From Oopsacas minuta (lineage: Eukaryota; Animalia; Porifera): a stretch of 10,678 bases of DNA. How positions within the stretch are numbered: position 1 is the first letter of the stretch; every line of letters starts with the position of its first letter. The position numbers and the translations under genes are program-made. The notes under the pieces are model-generated. The model worked only from the letters and a program-made list of their open reading frames with translations. It was not told the DNA's origin and did not search any database. Location: positions 7,526 through 18,203 of the forward strand of contig JAKMXF010000164.1 in assembly GCA_024704765.1 (NCBI GenBank). The letters run 5' to 3'. This document shows, one piece after another, positions 1-8,939 of the stretch.

Positions 1-433
1 TCTGAAAATAAATAACTATTTTATAAACTTTTATTTTTCTAATAGAAATTGGTGCATCTAACTATAGCAGTAGTTCACATATGCTTTTAGTATACTTGAA
101 CTAATTATTTCCTCCTGTAATCATGGGCATGGATCCCTGCTGTATGGACGTTTATGTGTTTAAAGTATTATGTTAAAACAGTCAAACCTTTTGAGATATT
201 TAGGTTTCAAAACTGACTTGTTTGAGTCGAGCCTCTATTAGATTTGTACTAAGCACACAAATTTAATGAATCATTCTAATCCATTCCAACTAACTATAGT
301 AACACATAACAGATTACTGCAATATCAACTGTTTGATCTCAGTTGACTCATTATTAATTTCTCAAAGATCAGAATATTTAAAATAATTTCAATTAATGCC
401 ATAGTATTTACTTTCCATACATTCCAAAATAGA

Positions 434-454
434 TCAAATATTGTCAATATTTGA
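434..454. repeat. 21-bp palindrome (10-bp arms, 1-nt spacer)
   Basis: TCAAATATTG-T-CAATATTTGA has perfectly complementary arms. It is AT-rich, so it could be chance. Confidence 0.6.
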
Positions 455-724
455 AATGTTGAGTAGGAATGGATAATCAAATTATAAGATTAGATGATCC
501 TTGCATAATCTTGATTTATAGAGTTACGAGTTGATGCATTTAGTTGTTATGTCTCTCTCAATTAGGCATAGAAGTTATGAAGCAATAAGGACTCACACAT
601 ATATTCTAGGTTAGATTATTTATCTTCACTTTTACTGTTATCAAAGTCTATTTCCATCGTTTGTCCTTTTCATTGTTCATCGCTCGTATGGAATAACATT
701 ATGCTTCCGAGATACGCTGTGTTA

Positions 725-1166
725 CAGGGCATTAAAGGAGCGCCCTCCAATTTTGTGGAACGGGACCTGGAGCCGACTCCATTTATAATTCAGGAGAGGA
801 AGGTGGAGCACGCTCCTATTAATTGCAAACACTTTACAAATTTCATTATTATTCTGCATCAGATATAGTATTCTTGCTACAAGGTGGATGCTGGGACACT
901 TTTGTATAATTCACAATTTATCGAAATGGTTTGACGTTGCATATTCAGTAAGTTCCCGAAGGTACAATGATTAAATTCATTATTAAATCTCAAATTCAAT
1001 CCTGATTACTTAAATACAAATCTCATGTAATTCTAAAAGAATGAAAAGGAGAGCAATTGGAGCCGGAGCCGGAGTGCGCTCCATTTCTGAGTAAGTAGCG
1101 GAGGTGGAAGAGAACTCCCTTTGCAACGCAAGAGCGCTAAAAAAATTAGGAGCGCTTAATGCTTTG
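725..1166. mobile_element. Non-autonomous hAT-type element (MITE)
   Basis: Termini CAGGGCATTAA (725-735) and TTAATGCTTTG (1156-1166) are a 9/11 inverted match. The flanking 8-mers CTGTGTTA (717-724) and CTATGTTT (1167-1174) match 6/8, consistent with a decayed 8-bp TSD. GGAGC motifs cluster near both ends (737, 805-816, 1059-1082, 1149). No transposase. Confidence 0.7.
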
Positions 1167-1726
1167 CTATGTTTAGTACTTTCCAACTATATGGGTCAAA
1201 GGTTGGGATTTGATACGAGGTTTTTCAAATTTCTCACCCCTGGGCCATTTCAAATGTCTAATACCCTGTCTTATCTCTTATGTAGGTTACTAGAGACAAA
1301 ATAATCTTTACATATGTAGTAATATAAGTTTAGATGTCAAATGCTCGCAGAATTTGGGGTCAATTCCCACATAAACCCTCACATATTGCCAGAAACAGAC
1401 TGGAGGACGTGGAAACAACCATTGATAGATGCGTAATGAGTAAGCTAATAGCGGGAAATATGGAAACAACAGAGAAAGAAACAAATAACTTATATATAGC
1501 TATATTAAGTACAGTTTTTTTGTATTAGCATTTCTATCATCAAGGAGGTCATTTTTTCGGATTAATGAAAGTCACAATTTCGAATGAGGGCATGATGTTT
1601 TGTATTATTACGAAAAACTGTAGTATAGCTAAGCTATATTAAGGAATCAGATATAGAAATACATTAATGAGGGATAGGACAGCAGGAGCAAGCTTGCATC
1701 TACTTAATTAATATATTTAAGTAGTC

Positions 1727-2056
1727 CTGGGCCTCATATATAGCGTGTTTTAATAGATATTTAACCTATGGGTAGTTTGTTGTTATCCTAGAAGCAAGAC
1801 TGTATCTACATTCGCTACGCCCTCCAAGAATTTCAAATATACGTACAATAGAACACAACCAATTCCAGTTGTATATAACTTGAATACAGTAGGCGCATGA
1901 TATAGCCCGCCCCGTCCGGTTTTTAGGGCACTTTTGGTGCTGTTAGTTTAGTACTGCTATGTTAATAAGAGATTTTAACCGGATAAGTTTCATAGAGCTG
2001 CTACTGCCTAACTGGACCAGTTCATTATTCGTTCCTCTGGGCCTGATATAATAGCG
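1727..2056. repeat. Dispersed direct repeat CTGGGCCT(C/G)ATAT(A)ATAGCG, two copies
   Basis: 1727-1745 CTGGGCCTCATATATAGCG versus 2037-2056 CTGGGCCTGATATAATAGCG: one mismatch and one indel. Each copy is preceded by a short hairpin. Confidence 0.5.
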
Positions 2057-2267
2057 ACAGTTATGAATATATGTAAGTTATGTGAACATCATACACACAC
2101 ATGGGTACACAATTTAGCAAATAAAATCAAACCTTGGAGGTTACCATACGAAATTGCTGCTACTTCTATGTAAATTTCACATGAATACAGTCTCTACCTC
2201 AAACCTTGGCGAGTCCTGAGACTTCAGAACCCCCAAAGTACCCAAACTTAGCGCCTATGTTAATTTA

Positions 2268-2435
2268 TGTAGACTCCGCTTAATCGGATCACGTTGGAAC
2301 CAGTCCATTTTGACCCGATTGAGAGGAATAAAGGCGTTGCCTCGATTAACTGGAGATATCTAACACTATTTGTATGGTTCTGTTTCTGGCCAAGTGACCC
2401 GATTAAACGTTGGTTCTATTAAGCGTAGTCTACTG
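2268..2435. mobile_element. Tc1/mariner-pogo (Tigger-like) MITE
   Basis: Left GTAGACTCCGCTTAAT (2269-2284) versus right ATTAAGCGTAGTCTAC(TG) (2418-2435) is a 15/16 inverted match. TA lies at 2266-2267 and 2436-2437. Internal repeat GACCCGATT occurs twice. The left terminal CA is degraded. Confidence 0.75.
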
Positions 2436-2597
2436 TAGTTTCACTGTAGTTCTTGTAATCAATACACCACCGCTTATCTCAAAGTGAAAATTCCTACAAA
2501 GCCTTCAATCGAGACTATAACTCACAATGAATGATTTTGCTGTACTTTGTGGAGGTGATGGACATGAAGAAGCGATTTACAAGGTATGAAGCCTATA

Positions 2598-3427
2598 CAG
2601 GGTGCTAATAAGTTCTGTCCTCAAAGTTTTTGCCTGCCATATTTTCTATATTAAACCAATTTGGTTGATACTTTACAAACTGATAAAATATTTAGTAATT
2701 AATTGTTTAGTAAAGTGTTTACTCAATATATCCTCCCTTTTGAGAAATTACAGCCTGTAGCCGCGTCCTAATGTTCCCTACTGCATTTCGCAGCTCATCT
2801 TGCGATATTTTCTGCCATTCACGCGGAAGGGAGAGCTTCAGAGAGTCCAAACTCTTGTGAGGTTTAACACAGGCCCTTGCTTCCAGATTATCCCAGACGC
2901 TATAATCGAGCGGATTCAAATCTGGACTAGATGGGGTCCATTCGTCTCTGCTAATAGCCTCGATTTTTCTTTCCCTTAACCAGCCTTGAGTGCTTTTGGA
3001 TGCATGTGCAGGGTAGAACCCTATTGAAAGATCCAAGTGTTATTTCTAAATAGATTTTGCCCAGCTACACTGATTTCCTGTTCCAAAATCAATTCTTGGT
3101 ATGTCGCAGAGTTGATTTTGACCCCTTGGGGGACAAAAATCAGATTTGTCCGTGCATGTGCGGACACACCACCCCTGAAAATCACAGACATTGGCTTCTG
3201 CACTCCATCGATGTATTTCAGGTTTTCTGGGATTGTTGTGGAACTGGTAGCAAGAATCCGATCATTTTGTCTGTTCCAAGCCTCTTCAATCGTGAAAATT
3301 TTCTCATCTGAGAAGAGGATCTGGTCTTGGGCCCCAGGAGCGAACCGCTGAAGAAGTGCTTTCAATCTAGCCAGCAGCTTAGTGCGAATACTCGGGTTAA
3401 GGTGGTGTACCTTCTTTCTTTTAAAAG
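2598..3427 (-). mobile_element. DD37D (maT/mori) Tc1/mariner element, 3' part only
   Basis: TA at 2596-2597, then terminus CAGGGTGCTAATAAG, about 120 bp past the transposase stop. The sequence breaks off at the N at 3428. Confidence 0.88.
2719..3427 (-). pseudogene. maT (DD37D) transposase remnant
   Basis: FSDEKIF (D1, 3306-3308); WIFQ*GS corresponds to QQDSAPAH (stop at 3021-3023, D2 codon now GGT at 3018-3020, 1-bp deletion near 3011); WTPSSPDLNPLDYSVW (D3, 2905-2907). After repairing the frameshift I count 37 residues between D2 and D3. C-terminus GGYIE*. Confidence 0.92.
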
Positions 3428-3428
3428 N
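3428..3428. other. Single N at the junction of two unrelated transposase fragments (probable assembly gap)
   Basis: maT coding sequence runs up to 3427 on the minus strand; a different Tc1-like coding sequence starts at 3429-3431 on the plus strand. Confidence 0.75.
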
Positions 3429-3627
3429 TAATTGCAAACCTAAAAACGGCATGGAAGACGATTTCACCGAACTTACCTCGAAACCTGGTGAATGGGATGC
3501 CTAATCGAATGAAATTAGTTTTAGAAAGAGGTGGTGATTATATTGGTAAATAATTAGATATTGTGACCTTGAAATATTTCATGTGAGCCACCATAATGCA
3601 ACCGGCCAAGACTTTTGCTACACTCTG
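3429..3627 (+). mobile_element. 3' end of a Tc1-like element (transposase C-terminus plus TIR)
   Basis: 3431-3553 translates IANLKTAWKTISPNLPRNLVNGMPNRMKLVLERGGDYIGK*, matching the Tc1 C-terminal AW..I...LV.SMP.R...V...GG pattern. Terminus ACTTTTGCTACACTCTG (3611-3627; reverse complement CAGAGTGTAGCAAAAGT) is followed by TA. Confidence 0.75.
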
Positions 3628-3859
3628 TATGTATCTAGACCAGGGGTCGGTAAACTTTCCAGCCAAGGGGCCAAAATAGACAAATTGCATAAGACTCCGG
3701 GCCAGATGGGATTCCATCGAAAACTCGTTTAGATTTTTGTACTTAATCGATTGAGTAAGTTCCATTATTATATATGTATTACGTAATTTGATTTAGAATA
3801 TCTATTTGTTTATGAAAATTATTTTGCATTGTAAAATTTGACATACAAAAATATTAATG

Positions 3860-5647
3860 TTAATGTGATGGATGATGCTGCCCTACTTTGGATAGCGCCT
3901 CTATGACTAGTTTTAGGTCAGGTTGCCAATCGTAGCACACTGTCTAGGTTATTTTTGCTTAACCGTGTTCGCAACTTGCTTTTTACGTATTTCATCTTCG
4001 AGAAGAGTTGTTCACAAACGTATGTGCTCCCGAAGAGAACTGCAAAATCCTTTGCATGTTTCATTAGTGAAGGAAATCTTTGAGGAGTTAATGTTGATAG
4101 AAAACGAGTAATGGTACATCTCGAAATCCTGATCTGAGCTCACTCGAACTTTGGAGCTCAATCAGTTCCATTTGTAAATTTTCTGGGGTGTCACATATTT
4201 CAACATCAAATACGGCGGCGAAGTAGCTAAAATACTTACGATGCTTATCCATATCTGCGAATCGAGTGTTAAACTAATCTTTGAGATCAGATATGAATTC
4301 GGCTTAACAAGAAACATCACATGGTTGGTGTGAACGAAGTATAGGGAAAGGAATACAATTACTCTCTTTAAATTGAAGCTCCCATAGTTGCAGCTTAACC
4401 TCAAATGCATAAATGTCTTCATAGAGGACATTGATGAAATGGTTCAGTCCTTGTATTTTCAAATTTAGCATATTTGGATGATTATTGATGTCCACCAGAA
4501 AGGCAAAATCTGTCATCCATTTCGCATCACTGAGCTCTGGAAGTTCCATCCCTTTTCCCTCAATAAATTCGTCAATTCAGCTCTCAACTGGTAAACTCTT
4601 TGCAACATTGCACTTCTACTTAACCAGTGCACTTCGTAATAATATAACAAATCGCCATATTGGTTATCCATCTCTTCTAACATATGCTGAAATTGACGAT
4701 GATGTAATCCTCTTGCACGCACAAAGTTCACAATTTTTATGACTACCTGCATTACTTCCTGCATCTTCAGAGATTTTGCGCACAAAGCCTCGAGACGGAT
4801 TATACTATGTGTTTTTACCAGTTTTCTATCAATGCCAGCATTTCTCATTTCTTTTTCTATCATAGAAACTGCTCCATTCACATTTCCGATCATAGCTGGA
4901 GCACCATCTGTAGTTACCCCACAAATATTACTTAGATTTAAGCCAGGCTACCTATGACACTCATGATTCGTTGGAATATATTCTCACCAGTAGTGGTATC
5001 CTTTGTGAAACCGACTTTCCAATTCTTCTGTAATGTCAAACGTTGCATAGATTCCTCTCACAAAAATTGCAACCTGAGCAATATCAGTCGCATCAGTGCT
5101 CTCATCAAGTGCAATTGCATATAATTCAAATTGTTGAGCCCACTCTTGCAATGTTGTCCTGATATCTGAAGACAAATCTTCAATTCTTCGGGTAACGGTT
5201 CTTGCAGACAGACTAATCTTACCAAAAAGATCTCTTTTCCAGGACATATAACATCAACTATAGTTAGAAGACACTCCTTCACAAATTAACCATCAGTGAA
5301 AGGTTTCATGCGTCTCTCAATGAGTTCGCTAACAGCTAAACTAGCACGTGTAGTATTCTTTAACTCAGAAGTATGCTGTAAGAATTTACTCTGTTGCTCA
5401 GTTAAAGACCTTTGCAGAGATTCGATCTTACTCCTTCACGCGGCGCAGGTAAGAAAATAGAAATTTCTCGAATCCTTCGTCTCGTAGTGTCGCTTCAAAT
5501 TGGACTCCTTTATCACAGCAAGAGATACAGCACATAAAAGGCAGGAGGGCAATTTTCCCTACATGATAAAAAATACTGCTCCGTCCAACTTTCCTTAAAT
5601 ACACGATTTTCAAGATCTACTCTCCGCCTTTTAGTTGTTGATGCCAT
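3860..5647 (-). pseudogene. Buster-type hAT transposase (GTF2IRD2/SPIN-like) with many stops and frameshifts
   Basis: Start MASTTKRRRVDLENRVFKESWTEQYF; zinc-finger segment CLLC...KESNLKRHYETK (CLLC at 5532-5543); KPFTDG*FVKECLL; ISLSARTVTRRIEDL; ALDESTD (D at 5104-5106); TTDGAPAM (D at 4906-4908); HSIIRLEALCAK (decayed HCIIH); HWLSR; FGSTYVCEQLFSKMK (E at 4011-4013); ends QHHPSH* at 3860-3862. Confidence 0.95.
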
Positions 5648-5817
5648 TATTTAATACACAATGAATTTGAATATTTGATCTGAGTATTGAAACTTGAATT
5701 ATATGTATTTATCTACAATTCTACATGCTAGATTATGCTGAGATCAAATCCAAATAGTGTCAGAAAACATTTGTGTGCCATCACTAACACACTCATTCCA
5801 TTCATCCATTCTTTAAT

Positions 5818-5892
5818 ATGGCCTCCAAATGGCCGTAGAGGCCATAACAAGTGTTTACAAAAGAATTGTCGTAGAGGCCATTATAAGTGTTT
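5818..5892. repeat. Subterminal repeats upstream of the hAT transposase
   Basis: CGTAGAGGCCATAACAAGTGTTT (5834-5856) and CGTAGAGGCCATTATAAGTGTTT (5870-5892) are 21/23 identical with a 36-bp period. An inverted core ATGGCCTC lies at 5818-5825. Confidence 0.75.
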
Positions 5893-6019
5893 CTGATACA
5901 ATTTTGGATTATAATTGAAAGAGCCTGAAAAGTAGAATAATTTTCTGAAAGAGTTGAGGGCCAGATAAATCACCTCGCGGGCCACATTTGGCCCGCTGGC
6001 CGGAGTTTGCCGACCCCTG

Positions 6020-6095
6020 TATAAACTAAGGTGGTATGCCTTTTGGGCCAGGCGTCAATTATTGCTGCGTGTTCCAATACTTTGGTCAGCTAGTG
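6020..6095. mobile_element. Orphan Tc1-like terminus
   Basis: 6074-6095 reverse-complements to CACTAGCTGACCAAAGTATTGG, resembling Tc1-type TIRs (CA.T......AAAGTATT). It is followed by AATATATAT rather than a clean TA, and no partner end is seen. Confidence 0.5.
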
Positions 6096-6125
6096 AATAT
6101 ATATGTATGTTTTGTATTTCCAGAA

Positions 6126-6950
6126 TCAATACGACTTTACATGCTGTCGAATCATGGTAAATAATAAGAGCCTAGTTTTGGGGAGAGTAGAAATTTGTAA
6201 AGACTGATAGACTAAAAATGCGATTGGCCTTAGTAATGTATTATCAACATATAGAAACGTAGTATCAAAGATACATATGTGTTCATATATATGATTAGTC
6301 ATCATGTGATCGCGGTGCGGTTTCAGTGATTCTAGTATTAGAACCAATTTAAGTTTACTTGAGAGCATAATAGAATCCTTTGAATCAACCAGATTTAACT
6401 TTCTCAACACAATTCAGTTGTGCTAAATCTGATTTCCCATTATCATCAGTGTATCTTCAATACTTATTGATTTATAATCAAAATATTTATTAATGGTACT
6501 TCAGATGCACAAAATTTATATATAAGAGAACTTCCAAATGCCACAAAAACACACCACAATACACCACTTAGAAATTCATTCCAAAATGTCATAATAGTTT
6601 CTAGACAGACACATTAACTTGAAACGCCCCGAAACAGTGCACAACATGGAAAGTTTAAGTGAATTTCATTGTCACCTATTTGTTGCTAAGCAATTTGCAT
6701 AATGATCAATTACAACAAAATAATTCAATATGCTAAATTTTGCTACTCGATTGTTGCATTCCAATTACCAATAATTTTATATATATATACATTATTAATA
6801 TGACATTATCAAATTCAATTTGCTGACAGTAATCAACCATTTTCTAAGCTTTTGCAATTGTTCAGGGACTAACATTCCTTAAGTCTCATCTTGAGCTTGC
6901 AAGATTATGAGGGAAACAATGACTTTATCTGATGAGATTTAATTACTCTG
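6126..6950 (-). pseudogene. Possible decayed host or viral reading frame, unidentified
   Basis: The minus frame reads LVPEQLQKLRKWLITVSKLNL...NSLKLSML, and after removing 6513-6644 continues in frame C-I*STINKYFDYKSISIEDTLMIMGNQI*HN*IVLRKLNL into the 94-aa ORF at 6126-6410. No motif recognised. Confidence 0.3.
6513..6639. mobile_element. Putative single Transib-like terminus flanked by 5-bp direct repeats
   Basis: The minus strand from 6639 reads CACTGTTTCGGGGCGTTTCAAG (CAC start, as in Transib TIRs). CACAA flanks the segment at 6508-6512 and 6640-6644. No matching TIR at the left edge. Confidence 0.45.
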
Positions 6951-6959
6951 AACAGAAAT

Positions 6960-8917
6960 TTGAAATAGACTTCGGAGAAGAAACCATTGGAACCAACGCT
7001 CCTCCGAGTAAGAAGTAGGATCGGGAATGAAATGGAATCGCTAGATTCCCTAGAGGGAGACTGGCAGCACTGTGGTATATCCATGGAACCAGAGTTGAAG
7101 AGAAACCGCTTTTCTGATACCTTTGAGCTGTCCTCAGATTATGATGATGATGATGTAAACAACGTTCACGATTCTCAAATGTCCTGTAATCTATCAAAGC
7201 ACTCTCAATAATTAAGAATGCTCAGAAATCAAGATAGCCACCTTGCTTCGCAACTACTATCGAACCAAAAAGGACAGCGAAAAAAGGCTTACGTTTCAAA
7301 ATCTATAGTCTATGACAAGTTCTCGGGTCTATTTGGTAAGTTGATTAAAGAGCTCGATGTTACCAAGGTACTGTTCCTTGTAGATTACCTGGAAATCTGC
7401 AGTAGGAAATATACACAACCTCGACACTAATTGGTATCTAGCGATTTTCGTTTCCCTGCATACCATAGGGTAGTAGAGGAATAAATAGCATAATTTTACG
7501 GTTGGATATTCAGATCTACTCCAATCCTGAAACTCCACTTGGCGTATGTATTCCATATGCCCATCACGTCCGCCATATTTTTTGCAGACTTATGTCCACT
7601 CTACCGCCTCCTCCAGCTCAAGATTTCCCCTGCAATTCCAGATAGCAGACGGACTAAATGTATCTGGCAGTCACACTGTATATAATCACTCGAACATGAA
7701 TCCAGATACTTAGTCGTTTATCTTATTCTGTTTCAGGGCTGTAAAGATAATGAACGGCCGAGAGCTCTGGAAAATCAACGCTCCGAGTTCTCCTTTTGCC
7801 CAACGTCCGACTTTCCTTCTCGCTGCGAAAGAAGAAGAAGCTAATTTCAAAGCGATTTATGGACGATCTAATAATCATGATACTGATCTGATGCTAAGTG
7901 AAGGATTTACTCTTGGCCCCTGATCAGCAAGTACGAGTCGACATTGTTTGATCAATGCTTGATGGAAAAATTGCAGGATTTCTGTCTGGGGCAGGTGGGG
8001 CAAGTTGTTAATTATGCACAGTAACCCATAAGGAACTCAATGATCGTGAGTTGATAATACAGGGATTTCTTCAACAGGCACATTACTGACGCAATTCAAT
8101 TTTCGGCCAAATAGAAGAGTGATTTGTTCTTAACACATCCTTCATACCACGTTGTAACATAACGCACGGACCATCCTCAACAATAAACATCCTTCCAGCA
8201 TCTCCGTTACACTCGTACACTGGCATTTTCAGGTGGTTCAATCTAGTGATTTATTATTTGAATTGTGGAAAACGTGCATCGTCACCGCTTCTTTGGCGAT
8301 AAACACTAAATTTGTCAGGAATCTAATGAAGAGAAGACTGGAATGAGGATAGGCCACCCGGATGCAAGTGGGGGTACTAGTTCTACTGGCAGTGTAGCTC
8401 GTCGAGCATTTCCTGTGATTCGAAATACATTGAGTGTGTATTGTCGGTAGTTGAAGCAGAACATAAAGAAACACTCAAAACTACATGCGCATTTGTCAGC
8501 TATTCTTCGACTATCATTTCAGACGGATCATTAACACCGAAGTCATTGGTGATCTATGTACCGATACATATCTCTTGTCGTTGGTTCCTTGAATTGGGTG
8601 AGCATTACTACAACATTACACATGGCATTAGCTCACTCAGAAGAAATTTTGAAAGAGTTCAACCTTGGGCAAGGTCTGAATAGTTTCTTTGAAGAGGGAT
8701 CCCACGCATGAAATAAATTGCTTAGAAAGTACAGGGAGAATCTTGCAAGGAAGTCTTCATTTGAAGATAATTCAAGTGACATTTTCGTGAGACTGGCATC
8801 CGAAAGTGACCCTGTGCTGAATCAATTTTGTTCAAGTATAATTTGTGAAAAGTTGGGGAACACTGCCACACAAAAAGAGCAAAGTGTTGTAGGGATTATT
8901 CCAAAATAAATTACTAG
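6960..8917 (+). pseudogene. RAG1-core-like / Transib-superfamily transposase, fragmented
   Basis: Joined across frames: LFLVDYLEICSRKYTQPRH*LVSSDFRFPAYHRV; GVCIPYAHHVRHIFCRL; QIADGLNVSGSHTVYN (D600-equivalent now AAT, 7657-7659); ELWKINAPSSPFAQRPTFLLAAKE; SMLDGK (D708-equivalent, 7961-7963); SC*LC (8006-8017); PASPLHSYTGIFRWF; EKTGMRIGHPDASGGTSSTGSVARRAF; WVSITTTLHMALAH (H at 8619 and 8634); FFEEGSHA*NKLLRKYRENLARKSS (E962-equivalent now CAC, 8703-8705); DIFVRLASESDPVL. Motif order matches RAG1 core. Boundaries are approximate. Confidence 0.9.
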
Positions 8918-8939
8918 ATTCTTCCATAGACAAAATTAT

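Larger units (their letters stand above)
3641..6019 (-). mobile_element. hAT transposon, Buster/Charlie/SPIN type, near full length and inactive
   Basis: TIRs CAGGGGTCGGTAAACT (3641-3656) and AGTTTGCCGACCCCTG (6004-6019) match 15/16. GGGCC/GGCCC-rich subterminal regions are typical of Charlie-like ends. Encodes a transposase pseudogene. The left flank ATCTAGAC fits the Buster nnnTAnnn target, but the right flank does not repeat it. Confidence 0.95.

Noticed and set aside
619-657. Minus-strand MEIDFDNSKSEDK, resembling alpha-like viral RdRp motif A (EIDxSKFDKSQ)
   Set aside because: Poor match, and no motif B (SG..T) or GDD downstream in any frame I read.
1257-1268. TCTAATACCCTG, a possible alternative right TIR for the 725 MITE (10/12)
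   Set aside because: The flank TCTTATCT does not match the left 8-mer, whereas the 1166 end gives a 6/8 TSD.
1104-1528. ORFs 1104-1304 and 1334-1528
   Set aside because: Short, with no motifs. The first starts at GTG inside the MITE and crosses its boundary.
2432-2451. ACTGTAGTT repeated with an 11-bp period at the right end of the pogo-like MITE
   Set aside because: Too short to distinguish a slippage duplication from a footprint or chance.
3037-4957. Plus-strand ORFs 3037-3351, 3057-3311, 3923-4111, 4485-4742 and 4739-4957
   Set aside because: Antisense shadows of the maT and hAT transposase remnants.
5834-5892. Repeat-spacer-repeat pattern superficially like a minimal CRISPR array
   Set aside because: Only two units, a 13-bp spacer, located inside a eukaryotic hAT element, with no cas genes.
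7068-7074. CACTGTG, the reverse complement of the RSS heptamer, inside the RAG1-like region
   Set aside because: No nonamer-like sequence at 12 or 23 bp in either direction and no partner end with a matching 5-bp TSD. A single 7-mer is expected by chance.
6943-8474. Minus-strand ORFs 6943-7197, 7329-7556 and 8238-8474
   Set aside because: Antisense to the RAG1-like pseudogene. The HHHHH run merely mirrors a (GAT)n tract.
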